Assembly: GCA_036556265.1 (NCBI GenBank) | Contig: DATBJU010000091.1 | Span: 4,230-68,229, forward strand | From: Xanthobacteraceae bacterium | Lineage (GTDB): Bacteria; Pseudomonadota; Alphaproteobacteria; Rhizobiales; Xanthobacteraceae | DNA: 64,000 bases | Direction of reading: 5' to 3' | The notes under the pieces: model-generated | Told to the model about the DNA's origin: nothing | What the model saw: only the letters and a program-made list of their open reading frames with translations | The model's database searches: none | Program-made: the position numbers and the translations under genes | Part shown: piece by piece, positions 19,312-29,048 of the stretch | How the letters are laid out: each line of letters opens with the position of its first letter | How positions within the stretch are numbered: the stretch's first letter is position 1

Positions 19312-20841
19312 CTATTTCTTCTTTCCAAGATTCTGCGGCAACCCGAGTGGCGCGCCGCCAAGGCCGGGGAGCTTGCCGCCGAGGCCCGGCAGCGGCCCTG
19401 CTGCGCCGGGAAGGTTGGACAAGCCGCCGGGCGGAATTCCACCGGGCATTTTCTCCGCGAGCTGCCTCAGCATTTCCGGGCTCGGCTGCTGCCCGCCGCT
19501 CATACCGAGCATCTGGCCGAGGCCCGCAAGCGGCCCGCGCTTCGCGCCGCCCATCGCTTTCATCACGTCGGCCATCTGCCGATGCATCTTCAGGAGCCGG
19601 TTGATCTCCTGCACCTCGGTGCCGGAGCCTGCGGCGATACGCTTCTTGCGCGATGCCTTCAGGATATCGGGATTGCGCCGCTCCTTCGGCGTCATCGAAT
19701 CGATGATTGCCTTCTGGCGCTTGAGCAGTTTCTCGTCGAGATTGGCCGACGCGATCTGGTCTTTCATCTTGGCGACGCCCGGCAGCATGCCGAGCATGCC
19801 GCCGATGCCGCCGATCTTTTCCATCTGCAAGAGCTGCTCGCGCAGGTCCGAGAGATCGAACGCGCCCCTGCGCATCTTCTCGGCGACCGCACGCGCCTTC
19901 TCGGCATCAATCGTCTCCGCCGCCTTCTCCACGAGCGCGATGATGTCGCCCATGCCGAGAATGCGGCCCGCGATGCGCCCCGGGTCGAAATCCTCGAGCG
20001 CGTCGAGCTTCTCGCCCGTGCCGATCAGCTTGATCGGCTTCCCAGTGACCGCACGCATCGAGAGGGCAGCACCGCCGCGCCCGTCGCCATCGACACGCGT
20101 GAGCACGATGCCGGTCAGCGACAGCCGCTCATCGAAGGCGCGCGCGGTAGCCACCGCATCCTGGCCGGTGAGCGAATCGGCTACGAGCAGAATTTCATGC
20201 GGCCGCGTGGCGCTCTTCATCTCGGAGAGTTCCGCCATGAGCGCTTCGTCGATCGTCGTGCGGCCAGCGGAATCGAGGAGCACCACGTCGTACCCGCCGA
20301 GCTCACCCGCCTGCATGGCGCGCTTCGCGATCTGCCCAGCGCTGTGGCCCTCCACGGTCGGCAGCACATCGACGTCGATCTGCTTGCCAAGGACGGCGAG
20401 TTGCTCCATCGCGGCCGGCCGCCGCGTGTCGAGCGAGGCCATCAACACCTTGCGTTTCAAGCGCTCGGAGACCCGCCGCGCGATCTTCGCGGTTGTCGTG
20501 GTCTTACCCGAGCCCTGCAAGCCGACCATCAGGATCGCAACCGGCGCCGGCGCGTTGAGATCGAGCGTCTGCGCGTCGGAACCGAGCATCGCCACAAGCT
20601 CATCGTGGACGATCTTCACAACCATCTGGCCCGGCGTGACCGAGCGGATGACTTCGACACCGACCGCGCGTTCGCGCACGCGCTCGATGAAGCTGCGTGC
20701 GACCTCAAGCGCGACGTCGGCTTCGAGCAGTGCCTTGCGCACCTCGCGCATCGCTTCGGCAACATCGCCTTCCGTCAGCGCACCGCGCTTTGTCAGGCGC
20801 TCGAGAATCTCGCCGAGTCGGCTCGTCAGGTTGTCGAACAT
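19312..20841 (-). CDS. ffh: Signal recognition particle protein Ffh
   Basis: 509 aa starting [12 protein letters not shown], with a GTPase domain ([14 protein letters not shown]) and a Met-rich M domain. ATG at 20839-20841. Confidence 0.95.
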   Translation of the reverse strand: MFDNLTSRLGEILERLTKRGALTEGDVAEAMREVRKALLEADVALEVARSFIERVRERAVGVEVIRSVTPGQMVVKIVHDELVAMLGSDAQTLDLNAPAPVAILMVGLQGSGKTTTTAKIARRVSERLKRKVLMASLDTRRPAAMEQLAVLGKQIDVDVLPTVEGHSAGQIAKRAMQAGELGGYDVVLLDSAGRTTIDEALMAELSEMKSATRPHEILLVADSLTGQDAVATARAFDERLSLTGIVLTRVDGDGRGGAALSMRAVTGKPIKLIGTGEKLDALEDFDPGRIAGRILGMGDIIALVEKAAETIDAEKARAVAEKMRRGAFDLSDLREQLLQMEKIGGIGGMLGMLPGVAKMKDQIASANLDEKLLKRQKAIIDSMTPKERRNPDILKASRKKRIAAGSGTEVQEINRLLKMHRQMADVMKAMGGAKRGPLAGLGQMLGMSGGQQPSPEMLRQLAEKMPGGIPPGGLSNLPGAAGPLPGLGGKLPGLGGAPLGLPQNLGKKK

Positions 20842-20854
20842 CTTTTCCTTTTGT

Positions 20855-20969
20855 CCTCGTCCTGAGGAGCGTACGAAGTACGCGTCGCGAAGGACGAGGG
20901 CACAATTGCTCCTCGATATTCGCTCCATCCTTCGAGTCGCCCGGTTTCGCCGGGCTCCTCAGGATGAGG
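20855..20969. repeat. Pair of inverted REP-like hairpin elements (Bradyrhizobiaceae-type CCTCRTCCTGAGGAGC family)
   Basis: Unit 1 (20855-20899) is CCTCGTCCTGAGGAGCGTACGAAGTACGCGTCGCGAAGGACGAGG. Unit 2 (20923-20969) is the same hairpin family in the opposite orientation (CTCCATCCTTCGAG...GCTCCTCAGGATGAGGAG). They give the spurious LLRMRS peptide in one frame. Confidence 0.65.
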
Positions 20970-21195
20970 AGTTGCAACGCCGAACGCGCCCGAGGGCGCA
21001 ACGCGCTGTCGGGCGGTGACCTCCGGGCTCTTGGAAGCGTTTGCCGCTTGGCCCGGTCGGCCGCGAGGAAATCTCGTCGGTCGTAAGCGCGCGACGACTA
21101 CGCCCCGCGGTTGTGCGAGTCAAGAAAGCCGGGCCTGTTCATGGACTGGTCACAAATTGCCTGGAACATGGCTCTATTCGTCCTACATAGCTGCC

Positions 21196-22257
21196 ATGAA
21201 GCTCTCGCGCCGCCGCTTGTTAAGCATCCTGCCCGCCACCGGCCTCCTGCTTGGCGGAGGCGCCTACGTCCACGCAAGCCAGTCGCCGCTTTACGAAGGA
21301 CCGCTCAGCGACCACTTCGACGGCCTGCGCTTCTTCGACCCGAAGCTGCATCCGCAGCGCGGCCTGCTCGACTTCTGGCGCTGGCAACTCACCCGCAACC
21401 AGGGCTATTGGCCCGAGCAGGCACCGAGCTCATTCGCGGACAAGCCGCCGCGCCGCGTCGACGGCTCGACCATTCGCGTCTCCTTTGTTGGTCATGCCTC
21501 CGTCCTGTTACAGGCCGGCGGCCTCAACATCCTGATCGATCCCGTCTGGTCGGAACGTGCGTCGCCTTTCAGCTTCGTCGGTCCACGGCGCGTGAATGCG
21601 CCTGGTATCACGTTCGATGATCTGCCTCCAATCGACGCTGCGCTCGTCTCGCACGGCCATTACGACCATCTCGACACGGCAACGCTCTCCGCGCTTGCAA
21701 CGCCACACCGGACACGCGTGATCGCGCCGCTCGGCAACGACCTCGCGATCCGCAGCGCCGATCCTTCGGTTTCGGTCGAAACCTTCGACTGGGGCGGCGA
21801 GGTCTCCCTCTCCCGCGACGTGAGGGTGACGCTTTCACCGATGCGGCACTGGTCCGCGCGCGGCGTGACCGACCGCAACAAGTCGCTATGGGCGTCATTT
21901 GTGATCGAGACGCCCTCGGGCCGCATCTATCACGTCGGCGATTCCGCTTACGGCGACGGCTTCTATTTCCGCGCCGCGCGCGAGCAGCTCGGTCCGTTCA
22001 AGCTTGCGATCCTGCCGATCGGCGCCTACGAGCCGCGCTGGTTCATGCAGGAGTACCATATGAACCCCGCTGAGGCCGTGCAGGCATTCCGCGACAGCGG
22101 CGCCGAATACGCGCTCGCCCATCATTACGGCACGTTCCAGATGGCCGACGACGGCTATGAAACGCCCGCGTTCGCGCTCGACGCGGCACTCAAGACCGCG
22201 GGCATCCCCGCCGAGCGCTTCCGCAAGCTGAAACCGGGAGAGGTCTGGGACCTCTGA
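21196..22257 (+). CDS. MBL-fold metallo-hydrolase (NAPE-PLD-like), exported
   Basis: 353 aa from [27 protein letters not shown] (Tat/Sec-like signal), with an HGHYDH metal motif. ATG at 21196. Confidence 0.75.
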   Translation: MKLSRRRLLSILPATGLLLGGGAYVHASQSPLYEGPLSDHFDGLRFFDPKLHPQRGLLDFWRWQLTRNQGYWPEQAPSSFADKPPRRVDGSTIRVSFVGHASVLLQAGGLNILIDPVWSERASPFSFVGPRRVNAPGITFDDLPPIDAALVSHGHYDHLDTATLSALATPHRTRVIAPLGNDLAIRSADPSVSVETFDWGGEVSLSRDVRVTLSPMRHWSARGVTDRNKSLWASFVIETPSGRIYHVGDSAYGDGFYFRAAREQLGPFKLAILPIGAYEPRWFMQEYHMNPAEAVQAFRDSGAEYALAHHYGTFQMADDGYETPAFALDAALKTAGIPAERFRKLKPGEVWDL

Positions 22258-22310
22258 TTTCGGCCCCTCGCCGCGTCGATTCGCAAAACGCGGCTCCTTC
22301 GCCATATAAG

Positions 22311-23192
22311 ATGCCCATGAGTGCGCTCGAAAATCGCCCCTTCGTGAAGATGAACGGACTCGGCAATGAGATTCTCGTGCTCGACTTGCGCAAGGATCCG
22401 GTGCTGGTGAAACCCGAGGAAGCGCGCGCTCTCGCCCGGCCCGGCGCCGTGCCATTCGACCAGATCATGGCGCTCTATCCGCCGAAGACGCCGGGCACCG
22501 AGGCATTCGTCCGCATCTTCAATTCCGACGGCTCGGAGGTCGCCGCCTGCGGCAACGGCATGCGCTGCATCGCATCGCTCATCGCGCGCGAGAACAGCAA
22601 GCAGGTCGTCAATTTCGAGACCAAGGCCGGGTTCTCCTCATGCCGGATCGACGAGAAGCCCCACGTCGTCACCGTCGACATGGGCAAGCCGCGCTTCGAT
22701 TGGCAGGAAATTCCGCTCGCCGAGGAGTTTCGCGACACGCGCCACATCGAGTTGCAGGTCGGACCGATCGACAAGCCCGTGCTGCATTCGCCGTCGGCCG
22801 TGAACGTCGGCAATCCGCACGCAATCTTCTGGGTCGACGACGTGAACGCCTATGATCTCGCCCGCTTTGGCCCACTCCTGGAAAATCATCCGATCTTCCC
22901 CGAGCGCGCGAACATCTCCGTCTGCGAGATCCGCGCGCGCGATCACCTCGTCGTCCGCACCTGGGAGCGCGGGGCGGGGCTGACGCGCGCCTGCGGTTCC
23001 GCCGCTTGCGCCGCCGCAGTGGCGGCGGCGCGGCTGAAACGGGCCGACCGCAAGGTACGCGTGACGCTGCCCGGCGGCGACCTGTTCGTAGAATGGCGTG
23101 AGCGCGACGATCACATCCTGATGACCGGTCCGGTCGAGCTCGAGTTCCAGGGCACGCTCGACGCGTCCATGCTTGCCGCGACCGCCGCCTGA
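22311..23192 (+). CDS. dapF: Diaminopimelate epimerase
   Basis: 293 aa with [12 protein letters not shown] and both catalytic Cys contexts ([16 protein letters not shown]). Confidence 0.93.
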   Translation: MPMSALENRPFVKMNGLGNEILVLDLRKDPVLVKPEEARALARPGAVPFDQIMALYPPKTPGTEAFVRIFNSDGSEVAACGNGMRCIASLIARENSKQVVNFETKAGFSSCRIDEKPHVVTVDMGKPRFDWQEIPLAEEFRDTRHIELQVGPIDKPVLHSPSAVNVGNPHAIFWVDDVNAYDLARFGPLLENHPIFPERANISVCEIRARDHLVVRTWERGAGLTRACGSAACAAAVAAARLKRADRKVRVTLPGGDLFVEWRERDDHILMTGPVELEFQGTLDASMLAATAA

Positions 23193-23202
23193 GGAGCCGC
23201 GC

Positions 23203-24468
23203 GTGACCATCGACGTCGTCACCTTCGGCTGCCGACTGAATATCTCCGAATCCGAGACGATCCGCCGACACGCCGAAGCCGCCGAGCTCGACAACGCGAT
23301 CATCGTCAATACCTGCGCCGTCACGGGCGAGGCCGTATGTCAGGCGCGCCAGACCATTCGCCGCCTGAAGCGCGAGCGGCCCTACGCACGCATCATCGTG
23401 ACCGGCTGCGCGGCCCAGACCGAGCCGGAAACCTTCGCGGACATGAAGGAGGTCGACCGCGTGCTCGGCAACCGCAGCAAGCTTGCGGCCGAAACGTGGA
23501 TCTCAGTGAGGAGCGCGCTCGATTCCGGAATCGGCGCCGAGGTCAAAGTCACGATCGATGACCTCGACTCCATCCGCAACACCGCCTCACATTTGCTCGA
23601 CGGCTTCGACGGCCACGTCCGCGCGTTCGTGCAGGTGCAGAACGGCTGCGACCACCGCTGCACCTTCTGCGTCATTCCCTATGGCCGCGGCCCATCACGC
23701 TCGGTGCCACCCGACGAAATCGTGAACCAGGTTCGGCGACTCGTCGACCGCGGCCATCGAGAGGTCGTGCTCACCGGCGTCGATCTCACCGCCTGGGGCC
23801 TCGATCTTCCCGCGAGGCCCCGCCTCGGTACGCTCGCAAGAGCAATCCTACGCAACGTTCCAGAACTGCGGCGCCTTCGCATTTCCTCGCTCGATCCGGT
23901 GGAAGTCGATGCCGAGCTGATGCATGCGCTGGCTGGAGAAGAACGCCTGATGCCGCACCTGCACCTTTCCCTGCAGTCTGGCGACGACTTGATTCTCAAG
24001 CGCATGAAACGACGCCACTCGCGCGCCGACGCGATCTCGTTCTGCGCCAAGGTGCGACAACACCGGCCCGACATCGTATTCGGCGCGGACCTGATCGCAG
24101 GTTTTCCGACTGAAACAGACACGCAGTTCCGCAACACGCTAACGCTCGCCGACGATTGTGGTGTTTCGTTCCTCCACGTCTTCCCCTTCTCCGCACGCAA
24201 CGGCACGCCAGCCGCACGCATGCCGATGCTGCCCCGCCCCCTTGTGAAAGAGCGGGCGCGCAAACTGCGCGAAAAGGGCGATACCGCGATTCGCCGGCAT
24301 TTTGCCGCAGAGATCGGCCGCCGCCGCAGCGTACTCGCGGAAGGCACAGGCGATGAGGGTCACAGTGAACACTTCACTCGCGTGCTGCTGGCCCGGCCAG
24401 TTTCGCGCGGCACAATCGTCGATGTCACCATTTCCGGCCATGATGGCCGCCGCCTGCTCGCTGCATGA
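23203..24468 (+). CDS. mtaB: tRNA t6A37 methylthiotransferase MtaB (radical SAM)
   Basis: UPF0004 N-terminal domain (TFGCRLN), radical-SAM motif CDHRCTFC and a TRAM-like C-terminus. GTG at 23203 lies 7 nt after GAGGAG. Confidence 0.85.
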   Translation: MTIDVVTFGCRLNISESETIRRHAEAAELDNAIIVNTCAVTGEAVCQARQTIRRLKRERPYARIIVTGCAAQTEPETFADMKEVDRVLGNRSKLAAETWISVRSALDSGIGAEVKVTIDDLDSIRNTASHLLDGFDGHVRAFVQVQNGCDHRCTFCVIPYGRGPSRSVPPDEIVNQVRRLVDRGHREVVLTGVDLTAWGLDLPARPRLGTLARAILRNVPELRRLRISSLDPVEVDAELMHALAGEERLMPHLHLSLQSGDDLILKRMKRRHSRADAISFCAKVRQHRPDIVFGADLIAGFPTETDTQFRNTLTLADDCGVSFLHVFPFSARNGTPAARMPMLPRPLVKERARKLREKGDTAIRRHFAAEIGRRRSVLAEGTGDEGHSEHFTRVLLARPVSRGTIVDVTISGHDGRRLLAA

Positions 24469-25397
24469 AGGAGAAACCCGGCTTCTGGCGTCGCATCACG
24501 AGCGGGCTTTCCCGCAGCGCGTCGAGGCTGGGCGACGGGATTGCATACCTCTCACGCCGCAAGCTTGACGCCGCGACACTCGAAGCGCTCGAAGATCTTC
24601 TGATTGAGTCCGATCTCGGCCTCGATACCTCGGCGAAGATTGTCGACGCGATCAGGAGCACACGCCTCGACCGCGAAGTTTCAGCGGACGAGATCAAAGG
24701 ACTGCTCGCCGCCGAGATCGAACGGGTATTGACCCCGATCGCAAAGCCTCTCGAGATTGATCCCGCGCGCAAGCCGTTCGTGATCCTTGTCGCCGGCGTC
24801 AATGGCTCCGGCAAGACCACGACGATCGGCAAGCTCGCCGCGAGCCTTCGGACGGAAGGCCAGAAAATCGTCCTCGCCGCCGCCGACACGTTTCGCGCGG
24901 CCGCAATCGAACAGTTGCAAAAGTGGGGCGAGCGCGCGGGCGCGAGCGTGATCGCTCGTGAACAGGGCGCCGATCCGGCCGGCGTCACCTTCGAGGCGAT
25001 CGAGCGTGCCCGCGCCGATGGCGCCGACGTCGTTTTGGTCGATACCGCCGGCCGCCTGCAGAACAAGGCCGCGCTCATGGCGGAACTCCAAAAGATCCTC
25101 CGCGTCGTAAAGAAGCTCGACCCAACCGCGCCGCATGCGGTCTTGCTCGTCCTCGACGCAACAATCGGTCAGAATGCGATCAGTCAGGTCGATGCCTTCG
25201 CCAAGACCGCCGGCGTCACGGGTCTCGTGATGACCAAGCTTGACGGCACGGCGAAGGGCGGCATCCTCGTTGCCATCAGCGCACGCTTCGGCCTGCCGGT
25301 GCACTTCATCGGCGTCGGCGAAGGAATTGACGATCTTTCCCCGTTTGCGCCGCGAGACTTCGCCCGGGCGCTGGTAGGCCTTGGGACTTCTCCTTGA
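24465..25397 (+). CDS. ftsY: Signal recognition particle receptor FtsY
   Basis: 310 aa with an NG domain (GVNGSGKTTTIGKLA, DTAGR, TKLDG). ATGA overlap with mtaB. Confidence 0.95.
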   Translation: MKEKPGFWRRITSGLSRSASRLGDGIAYLSRRKLDAATLEALEDLLIESDLGLDTSAKIVDAIRSTRLDREVSADEIKGLLAAEIERVLTPIAKPLEIDPARKPFVILVAGVNGSGKTTTIGKLAASLRTEGQKIVLAAADTFRAAAIEQLQKWGERAGASVIAREQGADPAGVTFEAIERARADGADVVLVDTAGRLQNKAALMAELQKILRVVKKLDPTAPHAVLLVLDATIGQNAISQVDAFAKTAGVTGLVMTKLDGTAKGGILVAISARFGLPVHFIGVGEGIDDLSPFAPRDFARALVGLGTSP

Positions 25398-25428
25398 ATA
25401 GGACGCCCCAACGGAGCATCAACGCGTC

Positions 25429-26010
25429 ATGTCGAATCCAACAGCCGCAAAACCCGCCGAACTCAACCCGCTTCTCAAGCTCGCGCTCGATGTGGGGCCG
25501 TTGCTCCTGTTCTTCTTCGTCAACACCCGATGGGGTATATTCACGGCGACGGCTGCCTTCATGGTGGCAACGCTGATCTCAATCGCCGTCACCTATGCGT
25601 TGACGCGGCGCGTACCGATGATGCCGCTCGTGTCCGCAATCGTGGTCATGGTGTTCGGCGGTCTCACGCTCTACCTGCAGGACGAGACCTTCATCAAGTT
25701 GAAGCCCACGATTATCTATGCGTCGTTCGCCGCTTTGCTGCTCGGCGGCCTGCTCGTCGGGCGCTCGCTGCTCGCACTCGTGCTCGACAGCGTGTTTCAG
25801 CTAACGGACCAAGGATGGAAGACGCTGACGCTGCGGTGGGGGCTGTTCTTCGCAGCGATGGCGATTCTGAACGAGATCGTCTGGCGCTCGGTTTCGACCG
25901 ACACCTGGGTCGCGTTCAAGACCTTCGGCTTCCTGCCGTTAACAATTCTGTTCGCTCTGGCACAGACGCCGCTCATTGTGCGGTATTCCGTCGACAAGAA
26001 GAGCGCCTGA
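25429..26010 (+). CDS. yciB: Intracellular septation protein A (YciB/IspZ)
   Basis: 193 aa, 5 TM, with LKLALDVGPLLLFFFVN typical of the family. Confidence 0.85.
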   Translation: MSNPTAAKPAELNPLLKLALDVGPLLLFFFVNTRWGIFTATAAFMVATLISIAVTYALTRRVPMMPLVSAIVVMVFGGLTLYLQDETFIKLKPTIIYASFAALLLGGLLVGRSLLALVLDSVFQLTDQGWKTLTLRWGLFFAAMAILNEIVWRSVSTDTWVAFKTFGFLPLTILFALAQTPLIVRYSVDKKSA

Positions 26011-26013
26011 TCA

Positions 26014-26595
26014 TCACCCGCCAAGCGCCTTTTCGATTTCGGTTTGAACGCGCTTGAACGTTGCCTCGTCGGCGATCGGGCCGATCTGCTTGTAGGCGAT
26101 CCTTCCGTCGCGACCGACGAGGAACGTTTCGGGCACGCCGTAAACGCCCCATTCGATCGCCGCGCGGCCGCCTGCGTCGACGCCAACCGCGGAATACGGA
26201 TTGCCGAAGCGCTCAAGAAATCGCAGAGCGTTTGTCGCCTGGTCCTTGTAGTTAATACCGACAAGCATGATGCGGCGATCGCCGGATAGCCTGGTAAGAA
26301 ACGGATGCTCGTCGCGGCACGGTGCGCACCATGACGCCCACACGTTCACGAGCGTTACACGTCCCACAAACGCCCCCGGATTAAGGCCCGGCACCGGCGC
26401 ACCGTCACGCATGAGCCCCTCGAGCGGCGGTAGACTCAGCGCAGGCGCCGGCTTGCCAATCAGCGCCGATGGCAGCCGGGACGCGTCGCCAGCACCGAGG
26501 CGAAACCAGAACAGAGCCAGCAGGGCAATAAAAATCGCAAGCGGCAGGACGACGAGCGACCACCGCCGCATCGCCGCCAGTCGAATCCTGCTCAA
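26014..26595 (-). CDS. ccmG: Cytochrome c maturation thiol:disulfide oxidoreductase CcmG/DsbE
   Basis: Membrane anchor plus a thioredoxin fold with WASWCAPCRDEHP. The start is either TTG 26595 (4-nt overlap with ccmD) or ATG 26571. Confidence 0.9.
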   Translation of the reverse strand: MSRIRLAAMRRWSLVVLPLAIFIALLALFWFRLGAGDASRLPSALIGKPAPALSLPPLEGLMRDGAPVPGLNPGAFVGRVTLVNVWASWCAPCRDEHPFLTRLSGDRRIMLVGINYKDQATNALRFLERFGNPYSAVGVDAGGRAAIEWGVYGVPETFLVGRDGRIAYKQIGPIADEATFKRVQTEIEKALGG

Positions 26596-26768
26596 TGCGT
26601 GTCCTCGATCCTGGCCGCGTGCGAGCGGCGGGTGATGCCTTGCCCTTCAAGCGCCGCAAGCGCGCGCCGCTGGGCACGATGGTCCGCAACGACCCAGAGG
26701 ACCAGCCCCATCACGATGATGGCAGCGACGCCATAGGCCGCGGCAATGAAAGCCGCATGCGCACCCAT
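26592..26768 (-). CDS. ccmD: Haem exporter protein CcmD
   Basis: 58 aa with a single TM (FIAAAYGVAAIIVMGLVLWVV), between ccmC and ccmG. ATG at 26766-26768. Confidence 0.8.
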   Translation of the reverse strand: MGAHAAFIAAAYGVAAIIVMGLVLWVVADHRAQRRALAALEGQGITRRSHAARIEDTH

Positions 26769-26769
26769 G

Positions 26770-27498
26770 TCACCGCGCCTCAGCACTCGCGAGAAGTCGC
26801 AACGTACGTATCCTCCGCCGCAAAATCTCGTTGCGCATGGCGGCAACCAGCAAGGCCAGGAATAGTGCGCCAAACCCGGCGGCGGTGATCAGTAGCGGCG
26901 TAAGAATTGCCGGGTGAATCGTTGGTCCGCCCAGGCGAAACACCGATGCCGGCTGGTGCAGCGTGTTCCACCAATCGACGGAGAATTTGACAATTGGCAC
27001 GTTGATGAAGCCGACGAGCGTAAGGATCGCCACCGCACGTCCCGCCTGGCCAGGCTCGTCGATCGCCCGCCACAGGGCGAGAATTCCGAGATAAATCAGG
27101 AACAGTACGAGTACCGACGTCAGCCGCGCGTCCCACACCCAGTAGGCGCCCCACATCGGTCGGCCCCACAACGCCCCCGTGAGGAGCGTCATCAGACAGA
27201 ACGCCGCACCGATCGGCGCCGCCGACTTCGCCGCAACGTCTGCGAGCGGATGCCGCCACACGAGCGTGCCCAGTGCCGAAATCGCCATCAGCGTATAGAT
27301 GCCGATTGCGAGCCACGCGGACGGCACGTGGATGTACATGATCCGCATCGTCTCGCCCTGTTGGTAGTCGGCGGGCGCACGGAAACCCAGCACAAACCCG
27401 AGCGCAAGCAACACAGCGGCCGCAAGCGCTAAAGCGGGCACCAACCAGCGCGCGAGCGCCGTGAAACGATGCGGATTGGCTAACTCGTAGAACGTCAT
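26770..27498 (-). CDS. ccmC: Haem ABC exporter permease CcmC
   Basis: 242 aa with the Trp-rich WGRPMWGAYWVWDARLTS signature. ATG at 27496-27498. Confidence 0.93.
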   Translation of the reverse strand: MTFYELANPHRFTALARWLVPALALAAAVLLALGFVLGFRAPADYQQGETMRIMYIHVPSAWLAIGIYTLMAISALGTLVWRHPLADVAAKSAAPIGAAFCLMTLLTGALWGRPMWGAYWVWDARLTSVLVLFLIYLGILALWRAIDEPGQAGRAVAILTLVGFINVPIVKFSVDWWNTLHQPASVFRLGGPTIHPAILTPLLITAAGFGALFLALLVAAMRNEILRRRIRTLRLLASAEAR

Positions 27499-27547
27499 GG
27501 TGCGGGTTCTAGTCCTGCTGCATCGGCCCGGCAACGAGGTGTGCTGC

Positions 27548-28219
27548 TCAGTCGCGGATCTGGCGCAACACCGCGGCGGCCGCCACCGGCCCAAGGACAA
27601 GAAACGCAAGTGACGTCGCCGCGATCAGCTTGAACGGCGTCCCGAATGGCAACGTTCCGCCCACGGCCGCGTTGGTGGCCGCTGCGCCAAAGATCAAGAT
27701 CGGTACCGCAAACGGTAGCACCAGTACCGCGACGAGGAGCCCGCCGCGTGGCAGTGCAACGGCAAGCGCAGCGCCAACAAGGCCGAGAAACGTGAGCGCC
27801 GGCGTGCCGACAAGAAGTGTGAGCGTCACCGCGCCAAGTGCTTTCGCGTCGAGGCCGAGCAACAAGCCGAGCAACGGCGCCGCGACGACAAGCGGCAGTC
27901 CGGTGGCCACCCAGTGCGCCGCCGCCTTCGTAGCCGCGATCATCTCGAGCGGCTGCGGCGCAAGTAGAAGGAGATCGAGACTGCCGTCGTCATGGTCAGC
28001 CGAGAAAACCCGGTCGAGCCCGAGAAGGCTCGCGAGCAAAGCACCGATCCAGAGGACCGCCGGGCCGATGCGGCCAAGCAACGGGAGATCGGGGCCGACC
28101 GCGAACGGCACAACTGTGACGATCGCCAGGAAGAACACGACCCCGGTTCCGGCCCCCCCGCCGACGCGAAAGGCGATCGTGAGATCGCGTACGAAGATCG
28201 CCCGAAGCGCGTGTGTCAT
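27548..28219 (-). CDS. ccmB: Haem exporter protein CcmB
   Basis: 223 aa, polytopic. ATGA overlap with the ccmA stop. Confidence 0.9.
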   Translation of the reverse strand: MTHALRAIFVRDLTIAFRVGGGAGTGVVFFLAIVTVVPFAVGPDLPLLGRIGPAVLWIGALLASLLGLDRVFSADHDDGSLDLLLLAPQPLEMIAATKAAAHWVATGLPLVVAAPLLGLLLGLDAKALGAVTLTLLVGTPALTFLGLVGAALAVALPRGGLLVAVLVLPFAVPILIFGAAATNAAVGGTLPFGTPFKLIAATSLAFLVLGPVAAAAVLRQIRD

Positions 28220-28827
28220 GCGCCGCCTCCAGACGCGAGGCGAATTTCTTGTGCGCGCAGATGCGGCAGCAGAGTGTGGGTCGCCGCGACCAGGAGGCCC
28301 CCGTTTGCAAGATGCGTGGCGGTGAGTGCCGCAAATATCTCCTGTCCTTCGTTGTCGAGACCGGTGGTCGGCTCATCGAGAAGCCACAATGGACGCGATG
28401 CAACGAGCAGCCGCGCTAACGCGAGCCGTCGCCGCTGACCGGCCGAAAGCATCCGTGCGGGAAAACTCGCGAGCGGCGCGAGACCGAATCGCGCGAGCCC
28501 GCCCGCAACCGCATCTCCCGCGCCACCGAGCAAATCGCAAACAAAGTAGAGGTTCTCCTCGGCGCTGAGGGATCCTTTCACGGCGTCAAGATGGCCGACG
28601 AAATGCGCGGCAATACCGACTTCACGATCGGCATCGATGCCGTCGAATGCAACCCGCCCCGCGGCCGGACGCAGCAACCCTGCGATCATCCGCAACAGGG
28701 ACGTCTTGCCTGCGCCGTTCGGCCCGGTCACGAGCAGCGCCTCGCCAGCCGCCACCTGAAAGCTCAACCCTTGGAACAGCCGACGGCCGCCCCGGATGCA
28801 CGCAAGTTCCTGCGCGAGAAGCCGCAT
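28216..28827 (-). CDS. ccmA: Cytochrome c biogenesis ATP-binding export protein CcmA
   Basis: Walker A GPNGAGKTSLLR and signature LSAGQRRRLALARLL. ATG at 28827 chosen; a longer alternative starts at 28887. Confidence 0.9.
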   Translation of the reverse strand: MRLLAQELACIRGGRRLFQGLSFQVAAGEALLVTGPNGAGKTSLLRMIAGLLRPAAGRVAFDGIDADREVGIAAHFVGHLDAVKGSLSAEENLYFVCDLLGGAGDAVAGGLARFGLAPLASFPARMLSAGQRRRLALARLLVASRPLWLLDEPTTGLDNEGQEIFAALTATHLANGGLLVAATHTLLPHLRAQEIRLASGGGA

Positions 28828-28940
28828 CAAGACCTCGCCCCGGCTGCTTGCGCGTCCGGGCGCAGGAAAGCGAGCGCCGTCAGCCATTTGATCGGAACGC
28901 CCGGCATTGAACGCACATCTGCCCCCGAAATCCGCCGCCG

Positions 28941-28968
28941 TGACCGCGGTTTTGATTCCCTCTATAAA
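28941..28968 (+). promoter_or_regulatory. Candidate sigma70-like promoter for acnA
   Basis: TGACCG-N16-TATAAA in the locally AT-richer ccmA/acnA divergent region. By eye only. Confidence 0.25.
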
Positions 28969-29048
28969 TCCGCATTCGCATACCGCGTCGGCTGAGTCGC
29001 CTGCCCGACGCGGGCTAAGTCATTCTGCGACCTTTGGGATTTACGACA

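Noticed and set aside
18782-21019. 745-aa ORF on the plus strand
   Set aside because: It is entirely antisense to rimM, rpsP and ffh, which have unmistakable conserved motifs. Its translation is low-complexity and Arg/Ser/Pro/Ala-rich, typical of an open antisense frame in high-GC DNA.
28951-28968. Irr 'iron control element' upstream of acnA (TTTGATTCCCTCTATAAA)
   Set aside because: It only loosely resembles TTTAGAA-N3-TTCTAAA and lacks dyad symmetry. It is better explained as the AT-rich -10 region of a promoter.
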